16,136 nucleotides of DNA. Source: Candidatus Iainarchaeum sp. Lineage in GTDB: Archaea > Iainarchaeota > Iainarchaeia > Iainarchaeales > Iainarchaeaceae. A program made the translations under genes and the position numbers. Shown in pieces: positions 15,293 to 16,136 of this stretch (positions are counted from its first letter, which is position 1; every line of letters starts with the position of its first letter). The notes beneath the pieces were generated by a model that worked only from the letters and a program-made list of their open reading frames with translations, was not told the origin of the DNA and searched no databases. The stretch spans positions 1 through 16,136 of the forward strand of contig JAWANB010000019.1 of the NCBI GenBank assembly GCA_038895675.1. Reading direction: 5' to 3'.

Positions 15293-15862
15293 ATGCAGTA
15301 CACAATAGTTAACATAGTTGCTTCTTCAAGTTTGAACGCCAACATAGACCTTTACAACTTAGCTGTTTCTGTTCCAAACGTTGAGTACGAGCCTGAACAA
15401 TTTCCAGGCGCAATACTAAAACTAAAAGAACCTAAAGTTTCAATGCTTATTTTCAAGAACGGAAAAATAATTTGTTCTGGCGCTAGCTCTGAATCGCAAA
15501 TACCTTTGGCAATTTACAAAGCCTCAAAAATGATTCACGAAATACAAAAAAGCGTCAAAGTACAAAAAAACGCGCCTTACACAGTAGTAAACTTAGTTAC
15601 TACCGGCAGCCTTAAAATGAACTTAGACCTTTTCAAAACAGCAATGGAATCAGACAACGTTGAGTACGAGCCTGAACAATTTCCAGGCGCAATACTAAGA
15701 ATTCACGACCCAAAACTAACTTTATTGCTCTTCAAAAACGGCAAACTAATTTGTGCAGGTGCCAAAAATGAAGAACTGCTAAAAAAAGGCTTAAGAAAAG
15801 CCGCAAAAATGGTTAAAGAAATAAACAAACCAGAAAAAGGAAAAAAAGGGAAAGAAGATTAA
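15293..15862 (+). CDS. tbp: TATA-box-binding protein (archaeal)
   Basis: Two TBP repeats: IVNIVAS..IDL..YEPEQFPGAILK..PK...LIFKNGKIICSGA and VVNLVT..LDL..YEPEQFPGAILR..PK...LLFKNGKLICAGAK. No eukaryotic N-terminal extension. Confidence 0.97.
   Translation: MQYTIVNIVASSSLNANIDLYNLAVSVPNVEYEPEQFPGAILKLKEPKVSMLIFKNGKIICSGASSESQIPLAIYKASKMIHEIQKSVKVQKNAPYTVVNLVTTGSLKMNLDLFKTAMESDNVEYEPEQFPGAILRIHDPKLTLLLFKNGKLICAGAKNEELLKKGLRKAAKMVKEINKPEKGKKGKED
15377..15698 (+). repeat. 43-nt perfect direct repeat inside tbp (15377-15419 and 15656-15698)
   Basis: AACGTTGAGTACGAGCCTGAACAATTTCCAGGCGCAATACTAA occurs twice, 279 nt (93 codons) apart. Confidence 0.95.
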
Positions 15863-15880
15863 ACTAATTTTATATTTTTT

Positions 15881-16136
15881 TCACCATTTTTCTATTTTGT
15901 CTATTTTTAGTTTTACTATTCTTTCGTAAAGTAGTTCTGTTATTTCAAGGTCTTTTGTAAGGTATTCTTTTATTGTTTTGAAATCTTTGTTAATGTATAA
16001 TTCATTTATTTTGTCTCCTTCAATGCCTAAAGTAGGAATAGAAAGCAATTTTGCGAATTCTTTTAATTTGCCTCTCACGTTACCCCACTTGTAAGCCGAA
16101 AGTTTTTCTCTAATGTCAATAATTTCTTTCAAAATA
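15881..16136 (-). CDS. C-terminal part of an RNase H-like/DnaQ-superfamily 3'-5' exonuclease (RNase_H_2 or PolB-exonuclease-related); 5'-truncated
   Basis: Frame is open to the window edge. Pattern IIDIREKL..GKLKEFAKLLSI....G..I.ELY...DF..I.EYLTKDLEITELLY includes an ExoIII-like YxxxD motif. Confidence 0.7.
   Translation of the reverse strand, partial: ILKEIIDIREKLSAYKWGNVRGKLKEFAKLLSIPTLGIEGDKINELYINKDFKTIKEYLTKDLEITELLYERIVKLKIDKIEKW

Noticed and set aside
15377..15698. The 43-nt direct repeat as a CRISPR repeat or an att/target-site duplication
   Set aside because: Only two copies, both in frame at equivalent positions of the two TBP domains, with no cas or integrase genes in the window.
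15881..16136. Exonuclease fragment as part of a defence or mobile system
   Set aside because: Only the C-terminal ~84 codons are visible and there are no associated genes in the window.

Overview
AT-rich archaeal DNA, judged from an archaeal two-repeat TBP, an archaeal-type 5S rRNA, TATA/BRE-like promoters and GGTGA/GAGGT ribosome-binding sites. A DPANN-type small archaeon is plausible but cannot be proven from this window. Positions ~1000-14700 are a surface-glycosylation cluster of 13 genes in alternating directions: three sugar-1-phosphate nucleotidyltransferases (one RmlA-like), UDP-glucose dehydrogenase, RmlB, an extended SDR, a flavoprotein with UDP-galactopyranose-mutase-type motifs, two GT2s, a GT-C (ArnT/PMT-like) membrane transferase, a split Alg14/Alg13 (PssD/PssE-like) pair, a SAM methyltransferase and a B12-binding radical SAM enzyme with HpnJ-like motifs. 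On the left is a secreted Ig/Fn3-domain protein that the ORF track missed (1..1001, minus, truncated). On the right are a DUF2892 protein, a stand-alone 5S rRNA with an unusual helix IV/V arm, tbp with a 43-nt perfect internal repeat, and the 3' end of an RNase H-like/DnaQ-type exonuclease. The best candidate for something new is a glycan or glycolipid pathway with two separate five-membered-ring-forming enzymes: an HpnJ/calditol-synthase-like radical SAM and a pyranose mutase beside rmlBA, with no rmlCD in the window. This is a motif-based hypothesis. I saw no CRISPR array, tRNA or mobile element.
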